Shown in pieces: positions 1 through 14,360 of a DNA stretch of 64,000 bases. The stretch covers positions 2,790,001 through 2,854,000 of the forward strand of contig ML978123.1 in NCBI GenBank assembly GCA_010015805.1. Reading direction: 5' to 3'. Each line of letters starts with the position of its first letter. Position 1 is the first letter of the stretch. The notes beneath the pieces were generated by a model. That model did not search any database. It was given only the letters and a program-made list of their open reading frames with translations, and was not told the DNA's origin. Both the position numbers and the translations under genes were made by a program. The DNA comes from Rhizodiscina lignyota. Taxonomy: Eukaryota.

Positions 1-3000
1 ATGAGGAGATACCTTTGGCGGTCTTCCTGGATTTCGCCGTTGGTGCCACATCGGCATTGGAGATACTGCATCATCAATTCCGCCTCATACATGGAGAATT
101 GAGGGGGGACGCATTTCACTTTTGCAGGGAATCTGGTGCTGTCAAGATGATCAATTTCGGCTCCGGTTCACGATCGTTCGAGAACGGTTTGACGTCCGCT
201 GGATGGTCCTCGCTAAGTCGACAAGTAGACATCCAACACAAGCTGCAATTTGTCGCCCCAGAGCAAACTGGGCGGATGCCGGCCGAGCCAGACAGTCGAA
301 CAGACATCTATAGCTTAGGTGTTCTTTTCTATACTTTGTTGACGGGCGAGCCTGCATTCGATGGTCAGACGCCGTTCGATGTTATGCAGAATGTTCTTTC
401 GAAAAAGATCCCTTACATTTCATCTAAAAGAGTCGATATACCGGACGCTATCTCGAAAGTCATTCAGAAGATGACGCAGAAAAGTGTCGAAGAACGTTAC
501 TTCTCCCCTACCGGTGTCAAGCATGATTTGTTACAAATACAGAGGATGATATGCGACGGCGATTCCGATGAGCTAGACACGTTTCAAGTCGGAACTCAAG
601 ACGTCTCGTCCTTCTTCGTCCTGCCTTCGCAACTGGTAGGTCGCGACAAGGAACGTCAGACCTTGAAGAATATCATTGAAGCGGTTGCGAAGAAGACTAC
701 AACATCTCCTGCCAAAAAAGGATGGCTTGCCAGTCTTAGCTCAAATTCAAATTCGTCGCTCTCTGAATCAAAGATTGCAGAGAGTGGTCAATTGGATGAT
801 TTAATCTCTGACTCTACGAGTTCGACAGGCTCGCTAAGCCGAGCAAACGTGAACGGCACCACAGGACCTATCTTCTTAGAGGATGCTCGACAGCAAAATT
901 CTCAAGAAAGTGTCGGTGTTGTGAAGTCCGATGGGAGTTCGACCAATGGCTTGACCCGGGAACCGTCGATGGAGAGGCTCCACATGCATGGCAGCCGCGA
1001 TAGTCGTGGAAGCCGCACAAACACAGATAGAGGCTCAGCGAGCATCTTTTCAGGCCACGGACCCGCCTCCAACGAACCATCAATGCTACTTCGAAATGCA
1101 CACAAGCTGAAAAAGAGATCTCGCACTGAAGTTGTCATCATCCAAGGAGGTGCAGGCTATGGCAAGACATCCTTAGTGCAGAGCATCTGGCCGATTGCGC
1201 GAGCAGCAGGCGGATATGTAGCTACTGCAAAGTTCAACCAGGCGAGAAAAACTCCGTTCGACGTCGTTTTGAAGATCCTATCGTCATTGTTCAGACAAAT
1301 TTTCTCGGAAAGCGATCTCTCGACTCCCTACCATCAGTATATCCGGGCGAATGTTGGTCCTTTTTGGCACACACTGAGAAGCTATCTCGATCTTCCTGAG
1401 GGACTTCTTGGGCTGGGAACCAACCATGGATCGTCAACTCCGCACTCTCACACCTTGAGCTCGTCATCACTTCAGATAGCCGGCCCGCATGGCCCCAATG
1501 GGTCTCGTCGACAGTCTTCTCCGGCCATAGCCTGCGGCAGTATGGGGTAAGTTATATCTGAATGAGCTAGTTTCTCTCGAGCGTATGGATCCTACAACGG
1601 CGCCACTTTTCCGCGATAACGAGGAGCAAACCTCTCAAGGCAGACTGGGCAAGGTACGCCCGAACCTCAACTCATTATGAGCGTACAGGTCTTGTAACGG
1701 CGTCTCTTTCCGCGACAACGGAAAGCAGATCTGCCAAGGCAGGCCTGGAAAGCTGCTCCCTGGCAATCTCGAATGTACACTCACAGTATGCGGAAGCTTT
1801 TCGGAAGTACTAAAATCGACTGTAAAAGAGTGGCTCTGTAGACTGTTCGCTCGCGGGAAACTAGCTCCTTAAATACATGTTGGACTTTTGCTAACTTGCC
1901 GATGTTGTTTTAGACACACTGTGGCTGACTGGCTCAAAAAAGGGGGCTCCCAATCTTCTCAATTCAGGAATATGTTCATCGGCGTCCTCCGCATATTGTC
2001 CCTAACAAAGTTTCTGTGCATTTGCATCGACGATTTACAACTCGGCGATGACGAGAGCAGTGAGCTGGTGCAGCATATGGTTGCTGCTAAGTTACCTGTC
2101 CTCCTGATCTTAACCTACCGACCACAACATGAATTACCGAGGCCAATGAGATCTATCATTCATTCATCCACGAAGATAGAACTACGTCCATTTGACGAAC
2201 AAATGACCTCCGAGTACGTGAAAGCGACCTTACACAGGGATACGGAATATGTCTTGCCTCTGGTCGCAGTTATTCAAGAGAAGACTGGAGGTGTCCCTTT
2301 CTTTGTGCGTGAGATGCTCGACGTCTGTTATCGCAAAAACTGCATTTCTTTCGATTGGAAAGAATCTCAATGGATCTATGACCTGGACAAGGTGTTTTCC
2401 GAGTTTGTTGGGGACCAGTACGGTTCGCAAATCAACGGAGACCACTTCATCGCGAGGCGGCTGCAAGAACTTCCTGCACAGACGAAGATCTTCCTGGCCT
2501 GGGCTTCGCTCCTTGGAAACTCATTTAGCTTTTCTCTAATCACGACGCTCATGAGCGGAGATACTGTCATCCCGGTCACTGGCGTTACTCCTCCTACATC
2601 TCCTAGTCAAGATCCCCTCTCCGCCCTCCAGGGTGCGTTAGCAGCATGCCTTATCATGCCCGGTGCCGATGACGACACATTTCGATTCGCTCATGATCGT
2701 TATCTTTCTTCTGCTTCGCATTTAGCTACCAATGTTGAAGAGATGCATTACGCTATTGCAAAGGAGATGGTTGAAAAGTCAAGACAGGACAACTTTGTGC
2801 GATCGAAATCACTTTATCAGAGGAGTCGACACGTCTGTCTAGCGAGCAACCTCATCAAAGAGCGAGAGAACACTCGAACGCACTATCGAGATTTACTCTA
2901 CCAGTCGGGGATGGAAGCTTGTGATTCAGGCGCAAGATCAACTGCCCTTTTCTACTTCACCAATTGCCTCAATCTGCTCCAACCTGATCCGTGGGACGAC

Positions 3001-6000
3001 GAAAAGCCAGATGTCCGCTACCAAGAGACCTTGGCGTTATACACTCGCACTATTGAGTGCTACTCCTATTTAGCTCAATTCGAAGTTGCCTCTGGATTAC
3101 TCGAAGTCGTCTTCGCAAATGTCAAAGATGCTGTTGATCGGGCACCTGCTTGGATCCTGCACAGTCGTGTTCTGGCAATGAGAGGAGACTCGTACAATGC
3201 GTTCACCGCTCTGAAGCAGTGCCTGGCCGAACTTGGTTTTGTACTTAAGGATACCACTTGGGCGGAGTGTGATCAAGAGTTCCAGAACGTTCGGTCCATG
3301 ATTGAGGCGACTGATAGAGAAGAAATGCTCGGACAACCACTCAATCAAGACCCGCTGCTGCTCACGATCGGCCCTGTTCTTGTGGAGCTAGTTAGCTCGG
3401 CCTTCTGGACCGACAGCCTATTGTTTTTTCACGTGACTTTGAAGATGATTCGCTGTCACTTCAAGTTAGGTGCTTTTACCCAGATGGGGATTGGGTATAT
3501 GCATTTAGGAACAATTGCCGTCAGTCGATTCAACCTAGTGCAATTTGGTGTGAGCCTCGGAGAGCTTGCACTGAGCTTCTTTGACTTGTACAGTCAAGAC
3601 CAATACACCCTAGGGAGAGGTCTTACACTCCACGCCTTTTTCCTTGGGCATCTTGTGTCCCATCTTAAAGAGCAAATGCCCGTTCTCGAACGTGGGATGG
3701 AGGCTACGATCCTAGCAGGCGACAAGATATTGTCCCTTCTCAATATTGGCATTGCAGCTGCCTTCCGAATATGGACCGCGAACGATCTGTCGGAGATTGA
3801 AAATTTCACACTTGAAGCTCCCGCAGAATTTGAGAACTGGCATGAGGATTTACGTGGAGGTACTCTGCTGATCTCCGTGAGGCAGTACGTAAGAGCATTG
3901 CAGGGCAAGACCTACGCCACGGGAGGCCACGACGTACTTTCAGATGAAAGCCACTCTTCGCTAGACTATCTCGAATACATCGAAACCAAAGCCTCGAGTC
4001 CGAAACGGCCACGAACCATCTACCTCAGCTACATGCTCGTGGTTCAGTTCCGCTATGGCTTCATCCAGGAAGCAATAGAGACTGGCGAGAAGCTACTTCC
4101 AATGATGGACAGCATATGGTGTATGCGTTACTATTATAGTAATCTCTTCTATCTCTCTCTTAGTCATATTTCTGCTCTTTGGGAATCTGTGGATAAGTCG
4201 AAGAGAGAAGAGGTTACATCTCGCGTGCACGGTTGGATGGAAAAGATTCGAATTGCCGGCACTGTGAATGACGTGAATTACAAGGTTCTCCTTTTGACCC
4301 TTGAGGCTCAGTTGGCTGAATTGGATTGTGACCATGGCACGGCAATCAGGAAGTACGAAGAAGCCCTGGATCATTGCGATTTGCATGGGTTTGGCCTTGA
4401 CGAGGCGCTCGTCCTTGAGCTCTACGCAGAGAGTGTATGTCGCCGTGGAGCACACCGAGCAGCACGAAATCTACTGCGCAACTCCATTGCCGCGTATCGG
4501 AGGCTAAATGCTACTGGCAAGGCTCGACATGTGGAGGATAAATGGGAGTTTTTATTGAAAGCCCCAAGCACCACCACAGCCGAAGCCGCATGCCAAACGG
4601 AAATCATCGATACCACCATACAATACCACCTCCAGCAAAATGACGAAGAGGCCCAACGGCTAGTATCAGAATCTTCAGTCGACAGGACACAGGCGTGGCT
4701 TGGGCCAGGTACCAGCCCCTTCCAAAACAAGCGAGAAAACACAGCCGATACTCTGGATGGAGTGAGTCTGTCTGCAATGGGATTGGATATCGTAGACATG
4801 CAAACGATTATGAATGCCAATCGCTTGCTGTCTTCCACCTTGGAAGTCGAGCCGCTAACAAGGCATATGACGGAAGAAATACTTCAGTTGACAATGGCTG
4901 ATCTGGTTGCCATCGTCACTGAGCATGAACAGATTGGATGGTCGGTCGCAGCCGTTGGCGATCCCGAAGTCAAAACTTTTCCGGATGGCTTATCGCTCGA
5001 CAGCGTTGAGGACCAGGTCGCCAAGCAGATCACATATTACACTCTGCGTTTCAAAGAAGCAGTCTTTGTCCATAACTTGCTTGAGGATGAGAGGTTCTCT
5101 TCAGTCACCGATCAGTATTTGTCGCGAAACCCGGACGGGAAGTCTGTCATATGCCTTCCCATCACTCATGGAGAAAATCTCCTCGGCTCCGTATACCTTG
5201 AAGGCCCTCCGAATAGCCTCACAGCGAGACACCTAGCTGTCTTGAAGATGCTTGTCGGTCAAATCGGGGTGTCTCTTGCTAATGCACTGCTCTTCAAGCG
5301 ACTCGAGAGATACAGCGCCAGCAACAAGGCGATGCTTGAGGTTCAAAAGCGTTCGCTAGACCAAGCGCGGCAGGCTGAGCTCAAAGCAAAAGAGGCTGAA
5401 GCCAGCGCAATCCGAAATATGAAGTTGAAAGAGGAAGCTGCGAGGGCCAAGTCAATGTTTCTCGCGAACGTCTCGCACGAACTCCGGACGCCGTTAAATG
5501 GTGTGATTGGTATGAGTGAGCTTCTCAAGGCGACCAAGCTGAATCCGGAACAAGAAGGGTATGCAGACAGCATACGTGTTTGCGCCGATACCCTTCTCTC
5601 TCTTATCAACGACTTACTGGACTTCACCAAGCTCGAAGCTGGCAAGATGAAGCTCTTTTCAGTGCCACTTTCTCTCACCGAGACAATCACGGAGGTTGTG
5701 CGCGCACTCCAGTTTACCAGCAATGACCGCGGTCTCGAGACCATTGAGCAGCTTGAACTAAATCCGGACTTATATGTCATGGGTGATCCCGTTCGGCTTC
5801 ACCAGATCCTCATGAACCTGCTGTCAAACTCTTACAAATTCACATCGAAGGGGACTGTCACAGTCAAAGCTGTGGTTGATCATGAAGATGATCGTTCCAT
5901 TACGATCACCGTGAGCGTTGTCGATACTGGTATTGGTATTTCGGAGGAGCAGAGAAAGAAACTTTTCCTTCCATTCAGCCAAATCGAAAGTTCAAGCTCG

Positions 6001-7069
6001 AGAAGCTTTGGTGGCACCGGACTTGGTCTCAGCATTTGCAAGGCCATTGTGGAAGGTGAGTCTTTTCATTTTAAGTCAAAGCTTCCAGAGCAGCTTCAAG
6101 ATGCAAAGAATTGTACAAATGTACTGACTCACTCGTGATATTAGGTGTCATGGGTGGGAAAATAACACTTGAGAGCAGAGTAGGCTCTGGAACGACTGTG
6201 TCATTCACGCTTCGCTTCCAGAAGGTCACGAAATCCGATGTAGCGGACACGGAGAGGGCTTCAAGAGAGCCAGATCTCATGGGGCAATTCTCACAGCGCG
6301 ACGAGACTGGCTCTCCGGAAGTTGCTTCCGCAATGGACCTGTCGAAGATTCCACGGGATCAAATCCGAGTCTGTATAGCGGAAGGTATGAAACTCGATAG
6401 CTATATCAATTGGAAAAGACACTAACATCCTTGAAGACAATCTTATCAATCAGAGAATCGCTATCAGCTTTGTGAAGAAGCTTGGATTCAAATGCGAAGC
6501 TTTTGTGGATGGTCAAAAAGCTATCGATGCTTTGGAAAAGGCGTGCGCCGACGGATCGCCTTTCCACCTTGTGCTCATGGACGTCCAGATGCCGGTGCTT
6601 GATGGGTACGATGCAACTCGAGAGATTCGAAAGCACAATGATCCCAGAATTAGAGACATACTCATCATTGCCATGACTGCTTCGGCTATTCGGGGTGATC
6701 GGGAGAAGTGCTTGGAAGCAGGAATGTGAGTTTTACCTCACCCCACAGATCCTCTCTCAGGTCATATGTACTCGATGCTTATGTGCAAACAGGAACAATT
6801 ATTTGGCGAAACCTGTCAGGGCTGGAGTCTTACGAAATATGCTCGAGTCCTACCTTTCGCAAGAACCCAAGCCAATACCGGACCTGCAAGAGGAAGCAAA
6901 ACAGATGGTCAAAAATGCTCTCCAAGAAAACGGAGAGAAAGAGGAGACCAAGCTGACATCGGATGTAGTTGAGAAGGTGAAGCTTCATCATCAGCGAACG
7001 TCCACGGCACAGCTAAGGCCTGTCGAAGGTAATGGTGTTGCGGATGGTGAGGACCGGAATGGGAAGTGA
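1..7069 (+). CDS. phkA: Group X hybrid histidine kinase (Ser/Thr-kinase-like + P-loop ATPase + GAF + HisKA + HATPase + receiver), 5'-truncated by the window edge
   Basis: Kinase-like motifs ([14 protein letters not shown]), Walker [12 protein letters not shown]-like segment, H-box [19 protein letters not shown]-boxes DTGIGI and GGTGLGL, receiver LVLMDVQMP. Introns 1547-1913, 6056-6144, 6385-6436 and 6726-6792 join the ORFs in frame to TGA at 7069. Architecture matches Candida Chk1 / S. pombe Mak2-Mak3 type; symbol assigned by architecture only. Confidence 0.93.
1579..1753. repeat. Diverged two-unit tandem repeat (100-bp period) inside the 367-nt HK intron
   Basis: gagcgtatggatcctacaacggcgccacttttccgcgataac... 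at 1579 aligns with gagcgtacaggtcttgtaacggcgtctctttccgcgacaac... at 1679, through to caaggcag-ctgg in both units. Confidence 0.75.
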
Positions 7070-7587
7070 TCATATTCATGTTTAAAGCTGCATATATGGC
7101 GTGCTGGGAAGGTACAGGTCTACCATTCTGGGTCACGATGCAACGATGTGGAGTATTTATGGGCGAGTGGACTTTTGCATATTTGCTCGCTGGTAGCATG
7201 GGCAATGTCTAGAGAGGATACAGGGCATAGCCAAATGTACATTTTACGTAGTTTATAGGATTCCTCGCAATGCAACCCGGTCGCAAACAGATGGGCAAGT
7301 TCTATGAGTATTCAGGATTTCCTTGATCATATTCAACTTGAGATATGTACAGTAATACAACCTCGTCAATTTTTTCGGTGCTCAGGTGGATAAAATAGTC
7401 ATGACGCGTACAACAAATATTTAGAGCTGCCTAGAGTATGTGATGACAAAATAGTAGCGCCAGGGAAACAATATGAAATTACGCAGGTCGAGCAATCGCT
7501 TTGAATAGATTCTACAGGTAGAGCCGAGTGCACAGTTGTTCTGAAATAACAGGATAAATCCGATACTTGATCTATGCCGAAGATGCC

Positions 7588-7798
7588 ACGCGGGTGACAA
7601 AATAGTTGAGCCCGCTTATCCTAACTGAACGGCTGCAGTAAGAAGCTGTTTTATTCTTCAGAACGAGCGAGAGCGTCTCTAAAAGCTCGATTAAATATAT
7701 ACTACTCCGTAGAGCGTAGAAAACAATAACCTGTACTAACCAACGAGAATATGCACATAGGTATTGCAGCCACGACTCACCTATTTTGTCACCCGCTT
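7588..7798. mobile_element. MITE-like non-autonomous element, copy 1 (GGGTGACAAAA terminal inverted repeats)
   Basis: Left end gcgggtgacaaaatagttgag (7590) and right end ctcacctattttgtcacccgc (ends 7796) are 20/21 complementary. Flanks agatgcc / tgatgcc. Body aligns closely with 14361-14593. Confidence 0.8.
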
Positions 7799-9369
7799 TG
7801 ATGCCCAAGATGCCCTCTTCGCATAATGTCCGCATCTTGAATCACCCGTCACCTACCTAGTCAGTTGATGGTCGAGGCAGTAGTTAGAACGTTCTCAATT
7901 TGTTTCCCTGCATCTTGGCGTAGGATACCGGCTTTTGCCAAACCGGGCCTATGCCGCTTTCTAATCTTTCCCATTCCCCGGAAGGAGCCATTGATCGAAA
8001 AGTGATTTATGAACTCTCTGATTGGACTCGAGTCCGGCTGTCAGGTTGTTTCTCTTGATGCGTGCTGCAGGAACAAGGACAAGGTACAAGGGCGTTCCCC
8101 AGCCCTAACTTTGACCACTTTCAAGGGCCTTGGACAAGTGCTGATGGGATCCATGATCCATGAATGTGCTACTTCCTGCACCGCTGCAGGACGGGGACGC
8201 TGCCCGAACCCGAAACGGTCAAGCAGGAGGTAGCTGCATCAGACATGTTCGTGTGAGACCCGTTCTGATCAGGAGATAGTCGTGCAACTTTGACACTCTT
8301 GTCTGAGCGAGAGTAAATGTGGTGGCGGGTAGACACCTGTTCAGCACTTATCAGATACAAATATCCAAACAGCGTATCTAATTGAAGAAAATAAAACCAT
8401 ACTAGCCTTCAGAGATGGCCTCGGTCCATGTGGGAGAGAAACGGTGTTGTAGGCGCCGAGCTCAAGATTGCTGTCCCCGCCAAGGCATCGAGTTGGCTCA
8501 GACGCTCTGATCTGATTTTGATCTGATGTTGATCCCAGTGCGCATCTTGACTACTTTCGATTGGCGGAACGCACTTGATCTCCTCTGGGGTCTCTTCGCC
8601 TCTCGACGGACTACTGGGTGGACTGAGACAACTTGCACATCCTGATCTCCGCCCAATTCTGGTTTCCTGCTGCTGAATCTTAAAGCAGTATTGACCCCGT
8701 CTATGGCGTTTCTCCGGAGTTATTTCTACATTATTAGTATTACTGCATATGTGAAACATCGATCCAAAGGACTGATTAACCTAGGCGGGGTCGATGCATG
8801 GCATAGTCAATCTGATAAATCCCACCCTGGGGAAACACTAAGGTAGTCATGATAGTACAACTATATTATAAAGTCTTGGCACGTCTTGCATATCTGCTCA
8901 ACCGGACGTGGGGTATCTCTTGAAAACATTACTACATGCCTAACTAGAGTATTAGCCCTAGCGCGAGTTCCCATCCGACCGTGAGGTTGCCGCTCTTTAC
9001 AGTTCCATTGCTACAGTCCTTAGTAATCCCCTCATGGACTCGACGAACAGTGATTTCCCTCCCCTTCGAACTTTAGAACAGCCTTCATCGCTCCCATATG
9101 TCACGGAGGTTCGGACATTCCAATATGGGGAGAGAAGTTGTTCGACGCGTGAAAATTTAGAAATGTCGTCTGGGATTATGCAAGCCAGATGCCCTCCTCA
9201 AGTTCATGTGCATCAAGGTCATGAATATAGCAGTAGCCGCCACCGTTGTCAGGATCATCCCGCAAGAAGCCTGCTTTATTCAACTGGCCTCACAACCGTA
9301 GACACAGCTTGACATGTGCTCGCTAGTTCTCTCCGCTAATTGTAAGCGCTGCCGATTCCTGGGACACCC

Positions 9370-11704
9370 TCATATCGGTGTCCGCTTCCGGACTGGAGTC
9401 TCCCTGGGTTCCCAAGCCGGTGGTCGTCGAGGCGCTTGTGCCAATAGAGAGCGTCTGCGTTGCTCTGCCTCTTGGATGATGTCTGCAGATAAGCGTATAC
9501 TCGGCGCAAGGTGTGAGTATCGGACGATTTCGTTAATCACATCGTAGATCATCGAATCGACCGTATGAGCGGGTGGTAGAAGAGCAGAGAGGGAAGGCGA
9601 CATTGTAGCGCCCATTATGAGTAGCGTCTGAGATACCATCCTTGAAGAAGCATTAGCTCCGCGGAACGAGGCCTTACATACCGAAGCGTGTACTTACGAG
9701 AGTGCTCCTTGCCAGAGATATGGGAGGTGACCAGCTTGATGAGCCTGGATGTTTTCCAATTGGCGAATGCACGCTTCAAGGCATTTTCTGCAGTTCTCCT
9801 GTACGGAAGGATCCTGAGCCGCGGATTCATCCTTCAAAACGGCGAGTATATACGGTCGATAGATAATAGTGCGGCATGCAAAGAATCGGAGTCGCAGGAC
9901 CGTTTGGACGGGGTCGGACAGCGGAACAAGAGTATGTGGAAATTGTATTGGTAGAGGAAGGCTGTCATACCACTGGTTCAGTTGAAAGTCGAGTTCTGCA
10001 ACGACAGCGTCCAAGGACGGAGGAATCCCAGAAGACGGTGTTGTCTTGGTGTAGAGCAAATGGCTTACTCGATTGAGTAGCCGACGTAAGGCAATCTCAG
10101 CAAGGAAGTACCAAAGATCGTCTTTGCCTACGGCCTCTTCTCCTTCGCCTTCAAAGCCTCCTGGCAGTCCCACGGATTCTTCAAACTGGACGATTCCCGA
10201 GTGTGGTAGGTCCAGCTCAGCAAGAAGGTCACTGACAAATGAGTGAGCAGAGATGAAGTCATTAATCTGATTGGCTACGTACCTCTCGAATAGCAGTGCA
10301 TTCCAATAGACGCGCTCACACAGCTCTTTCGAGTGTGCTGGTAGTCTCCCTGGAGCACTCAGTAGAAGTTGCAGCTTCATGCTCGCATTTGCCAGCAATG
10401 TCCAAGCTTCAAGGGGTCGGACTATGTAGAAGAGGTAAGCAGCTGCAAGTATGTAGCACTGTGCAGATATCATGTTGTTGCGTGCCATCAGGCTCGGCAG
10501 CAGTGACCATGCACTCGCGAAGAAATTGTACCCAGGTGGCCCAGCCTCAAGCGAACACTGTGTAATGCTAGGAGCGGAGCCAGCAGCGCCGAGCGCCAGA
10601 ACGAGCAGAGCAATGCAGCTTTCCGGGCCATCACGGAACTGCCGCGTAAGCGCTGTTCTATAGAATCCAGCCCAGTTGTACGGATTGACGCACGCATACC
10701 AGACATTAACGCGTTCGAAAAATGCTTGGACGTAAATCGCTGCGTTTGTGAGATCCAAAGGATATGCAGGAGTGTAATCGAGGCCCTCACGTGCCATCTC
10801 AACTTGGAGCAGAGTCTGCGGATCATATGGTTTTGATATCAGATCCCGTATTTTTGGCCATTGCAACAGATGAAAAGCTGGTGTGGTGTGTCTCTTCGGC
10901 ATGGTTGAGATATTGGATGGCTCTCGAGACCACGTGCCAAGTCCATTTACAGGAATCATGTCGATCAAGCCAGCACTGCTGGCGCGGCGCGCTCTCATCT
11001 CCGGTCTCGCAAACTGAGGCGTGTTGACCTCACTGCTCGCTGTTGGACTTCTAGCCGGAGGCGAATGGGCAATGAAACCAGCGCGAACGGGTTGAGTGAG
11101 CACATTGGTCTGCAGCAAGCCCTCGATGCGGGCCAGGTGCTCAAGGATAAGTTTGTCACCGGCATCGAGCTTTATTCCAGGCTCCCGGTAAACGCACTCT
11201 GCCTGGAGCTCAGTGCACAGTTTACATTTTGGGCGGTTACCGTCGCATCGCGACTTTCGCGATCGACATATCTCACACTGGAGGTGGGATTTAGCATGTG
11301 ACGAGCAGAATTTGCGTGAAACGTCTCACCGCAATAGTCGCCCTACGGCGAGGGTAATCGATCGTGTCGGTAGCAGAGCGCTTTCTCGAGTTTCCCGGCG
11401 TCTCTGTGCCAGCCGTCGGACCGTTGTGACGGGGCGGCGAGACGCCGTTGGATGCTTCTCGGTCAGTCGAAGACTGTGACATGGTGCGCGACCGTTTCGG
11501 CGGGCTGCCGTTCCTCACGGGGCCATCGTCGGCCAGCATACTCGACTTCCGCCGCAGTCGAGGAGTCGCGTCGAAGGAGTTCCTGGCGGCAGCTGGAGGA
11601 GGGGAAGTGTTGAAGTCGCGAGGAGCTCGGCGAAAATACGTAACGACGCGCGATGATACTCGATTCTCAAGGTTCCTTTCTGGGGAAAGCGGCACGGCCG
11701 CCAT
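9370..11704 (-). CDS. Zn(II)2Cys6 fungal transcription factor with middle-homology region
   Basis: After intron 11329-11278 the frame reads RRRATIA-CEICRSRKSRCDGNRPKCKLCTELQAECVY (C-x2-C-x6-C-x6-C-x2-C-x6-C). Further introns at 10282-10232 and 9697-9641. Stop at 9370. Confidence 0.92.
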
Positions 11705-13753
11705 AACTGGGCGGGTGGCTTCTGCTTTTCTGCTTGCGGGGAACCGAACGACTTAAAAGGCGTCGCTCGAATCAGAGCGCCCCAACGCGCGTAGACTTGG
11801 CGGGAGAAACGCCATACAGTTCGGGCAGGGCAGCAAAGAATGGTTCAAGCCCTTCACGAGAGGCACACTGAGGCACGCTTGCACATCGTCGATTCGCCTT
11901 TAATGCACTGGCCGTGCAGCACTAGCGGGCCCGTCCATCGCCTTCCCGCGCGCCTCCCAGGGAGCAACTGCTCCTCTCGCGTCTCCTGGCCATCTAGACA
12001 TTTTGGGGAAAATTGAAGGCTCAATTATCCCATCTCGCTGCAACATTTGCCTGCAAATCCCAGCAACCCCGCTGTCGAGGGCAGATGACAATGTGGGCTT
12101 GCGTAGGCCAGATTCAGCCCGTCCAGGAAGGCATTCCTCTGCAGGGACTGCCAGGCGTCGCGTGGAGCCTGGCCCGGTCAGGAAGCTCGAAGCACTTGGG
12201 CAATCAGGGACTAGCTTGCGAGTGCTATTGTACGAGAAGCCGCAAACCCTCGTCCAAGGCCACGGCCCCCAGGCGGAGACGGCGGGTTGCAGGCTTTCGC
12301 GAAGATCACGACTGCGTTGGCTAAACGGGAGTGATAGACGAGAAAACGGCCAGGCAGTTTTGACTTTGGCGGGTGGAGGCGGGCGTGACCGTGGCGGCAA
12401 TCCTGCAGCAGGATGCAGATGAGCAGTGATGGGCAGACACAGTATGCTTGTTGAAGCTAGCGCATATCAACCCGTATTATTATTTGACCAAGGAGCGTAA
12501 GTCTCCGGCGGCGGTCAGCGCGCTTGCAGACCACCAAGGAGCGCTCGAACGATGCAGCAGCTCGGCGAGGCAGAAGAGCAAGAAGCGCCTTGGACGCAGA
12601 GGGAGATATAAAGTCGACCGGTGAAGCGACCGCTGCGGCAATCGCTAGCAAGATGACGACGAGATTGTCCTCAAGGGCCGTTTTTCAAGATCCTCCATTG
12701 AACATGCACTTAAATCCCCGGCCCCTTGGCCTCGGGAACGGCCTTTGAAGCAACGTGCGCGGGAAAGGCGGGGCGCGCCGCGCATGATCGCTACTGTGTG
12801 GCGGGGTGTCGTGTGTGCAAAAGTGCGCGCAGAAGGGACCGCTAGAAATATTGGTAGATGCAATGCGCGTCGGTAGGCGCTCGTATGACTTTGGAGAAGC
12901 CAACGGGTGCCATTCGTCCTCCTTTTTCGCGCACTCGCGCGAGTTCCGCCTCAGGTGATGGGCATTCGAGGCAGCAAGGCCTTTCGCAGATAAGTAAGCC
13001 GCGGTATCCTCGCCAATTCTTTATTGAGAAACATTATCGTGCTCGCATTGAGAAGCTTGCAGTGTGCTGCATGCGCATTCACTGTGAAGACGTGTACGTC
13101 GCATTGAACAGCTGTCGACCCTAACCCACTGAGGGACCATCGGACGCCCTGAATACGATAGCGAATCCACGAGACCGTTTTCTGCGGAAGCGAAGCGGCT
13201 ACCCGCAGCTTCTGGAGGTCATCTTCCTGCGAACGTCAACGTTGATCTGCCCTGCATGCAGCAAGACGCAGCCGTGATACATATGTATCACTGCCCGAGC
13301 GCCAGCCAACACAGCTAATGTTGTGATTCTGGCCCTCAATAAGACCTTTCCTGGCTCTTCACCTCGGCATCTGGGCCTCATTAAATGCAATGTTGACAGG
13401 AGTCAATTATCGTTGACTCGTACGATGAACACGATGTGGAGTTGACGGAAGATGAAAACGTGAATAGCTCGAGAGGTAAGATAGCAACCTGGCAGCAAAC
13501 ATGTCTACAGGTAGGTTGCAAGAAACCACTTGTGTAATAGACTTGCTTTAGATGAAAGAGCTGGTAAGACGTCAAGTATCTCATAACACTTGTGACGTGC
13601 GAATTCCACAGTCGTTCTTTCCAAATCCCAGCCACATCTACTCACCACGCCGCCTTCAAACTTTTTTTATCTACTTAACAACTGTTTCTCAAATTTCTGG
13701 GCTATCGTATATCCCTGCCGTGAATGATACCGTACGCGACCTAAACCGTCAAC

Positions 13754-14302
13754 ATGTCTGAAGAAAATATACAGCTGAATACGTCGAGCGACGCCTCCCA
13801 AAACCCCGCCCGAGGTGGTAAGGCCAAGGTGGAATCAATTGCGCGACCAAGAAGTCGCATGGTAAGCTGGAACAAATAGCCGGACTTGGAGCTCGCTGAC
13901 AAAATGTAGGCTGGCCCACTCCCGTCTTCAGACATTGCGGAGAATGTTCACCTCGAAGAGCCTCTAAGTGCCCGTGGCAATACTACGCCGTCACACGGTA
14001 CACCCACCAAAAACGCCAAGCCGACGGAGTCTCGAGACCTTTCCAAGCAATCTTCAGCCGATGTCGACCCCAAGCGTACGGACTCAGTTATTGGAAATCC
14101 ACCCAAGTCCGTCTCCACAGCTGTGTGCGGTGCCGTCAGGGACGTAGGCGCCGCAATTGTGAACACCGCATCAAAGGTCGGAGAGAAGGTTCAAACGATC
14201 GGGCCGTACGAGAGTCCAGCAAGTGTGGCACCGAGTGACGTGGATCCGTTGGCAATGGCTATGCTCGGAGCCGAGAAGGAGAAGGAGGATGCAACGTGGT
14301 GA
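13754..14302 (+). CDS. Small two-exon hypothetical protein (~166 aa, Ser/Pro/Thr-rich); absent from the ORF track
   Basis: ATG in caacATG context. Exon 1 13754-13861; intron 13862-13909 (GTAAGC...GCTGAC...TAG); exon 2 13910-14302 is open for 131 codons in the correct phase, ending EKEKEDATW*. Confidence 0.7.
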
Positions 14303-14360
14303 GCAACGCAGAAATGAGAAAGGTTGAAAGGAGCACACCTCCCCGTCTCAATTAGCAGGC

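Noticed and set aside
8169..8759. Short minus-strand ORFs between the HK and the transcription factor
   Set aside because: Could not be joined into a consistent spliced model; no motifs.
11900..13124. Overlapping ORFs upstream of the Zn2Cys6 gene
   Set aside because: GC-rich promoter/leader sequence giving chance ORFs on both strands.
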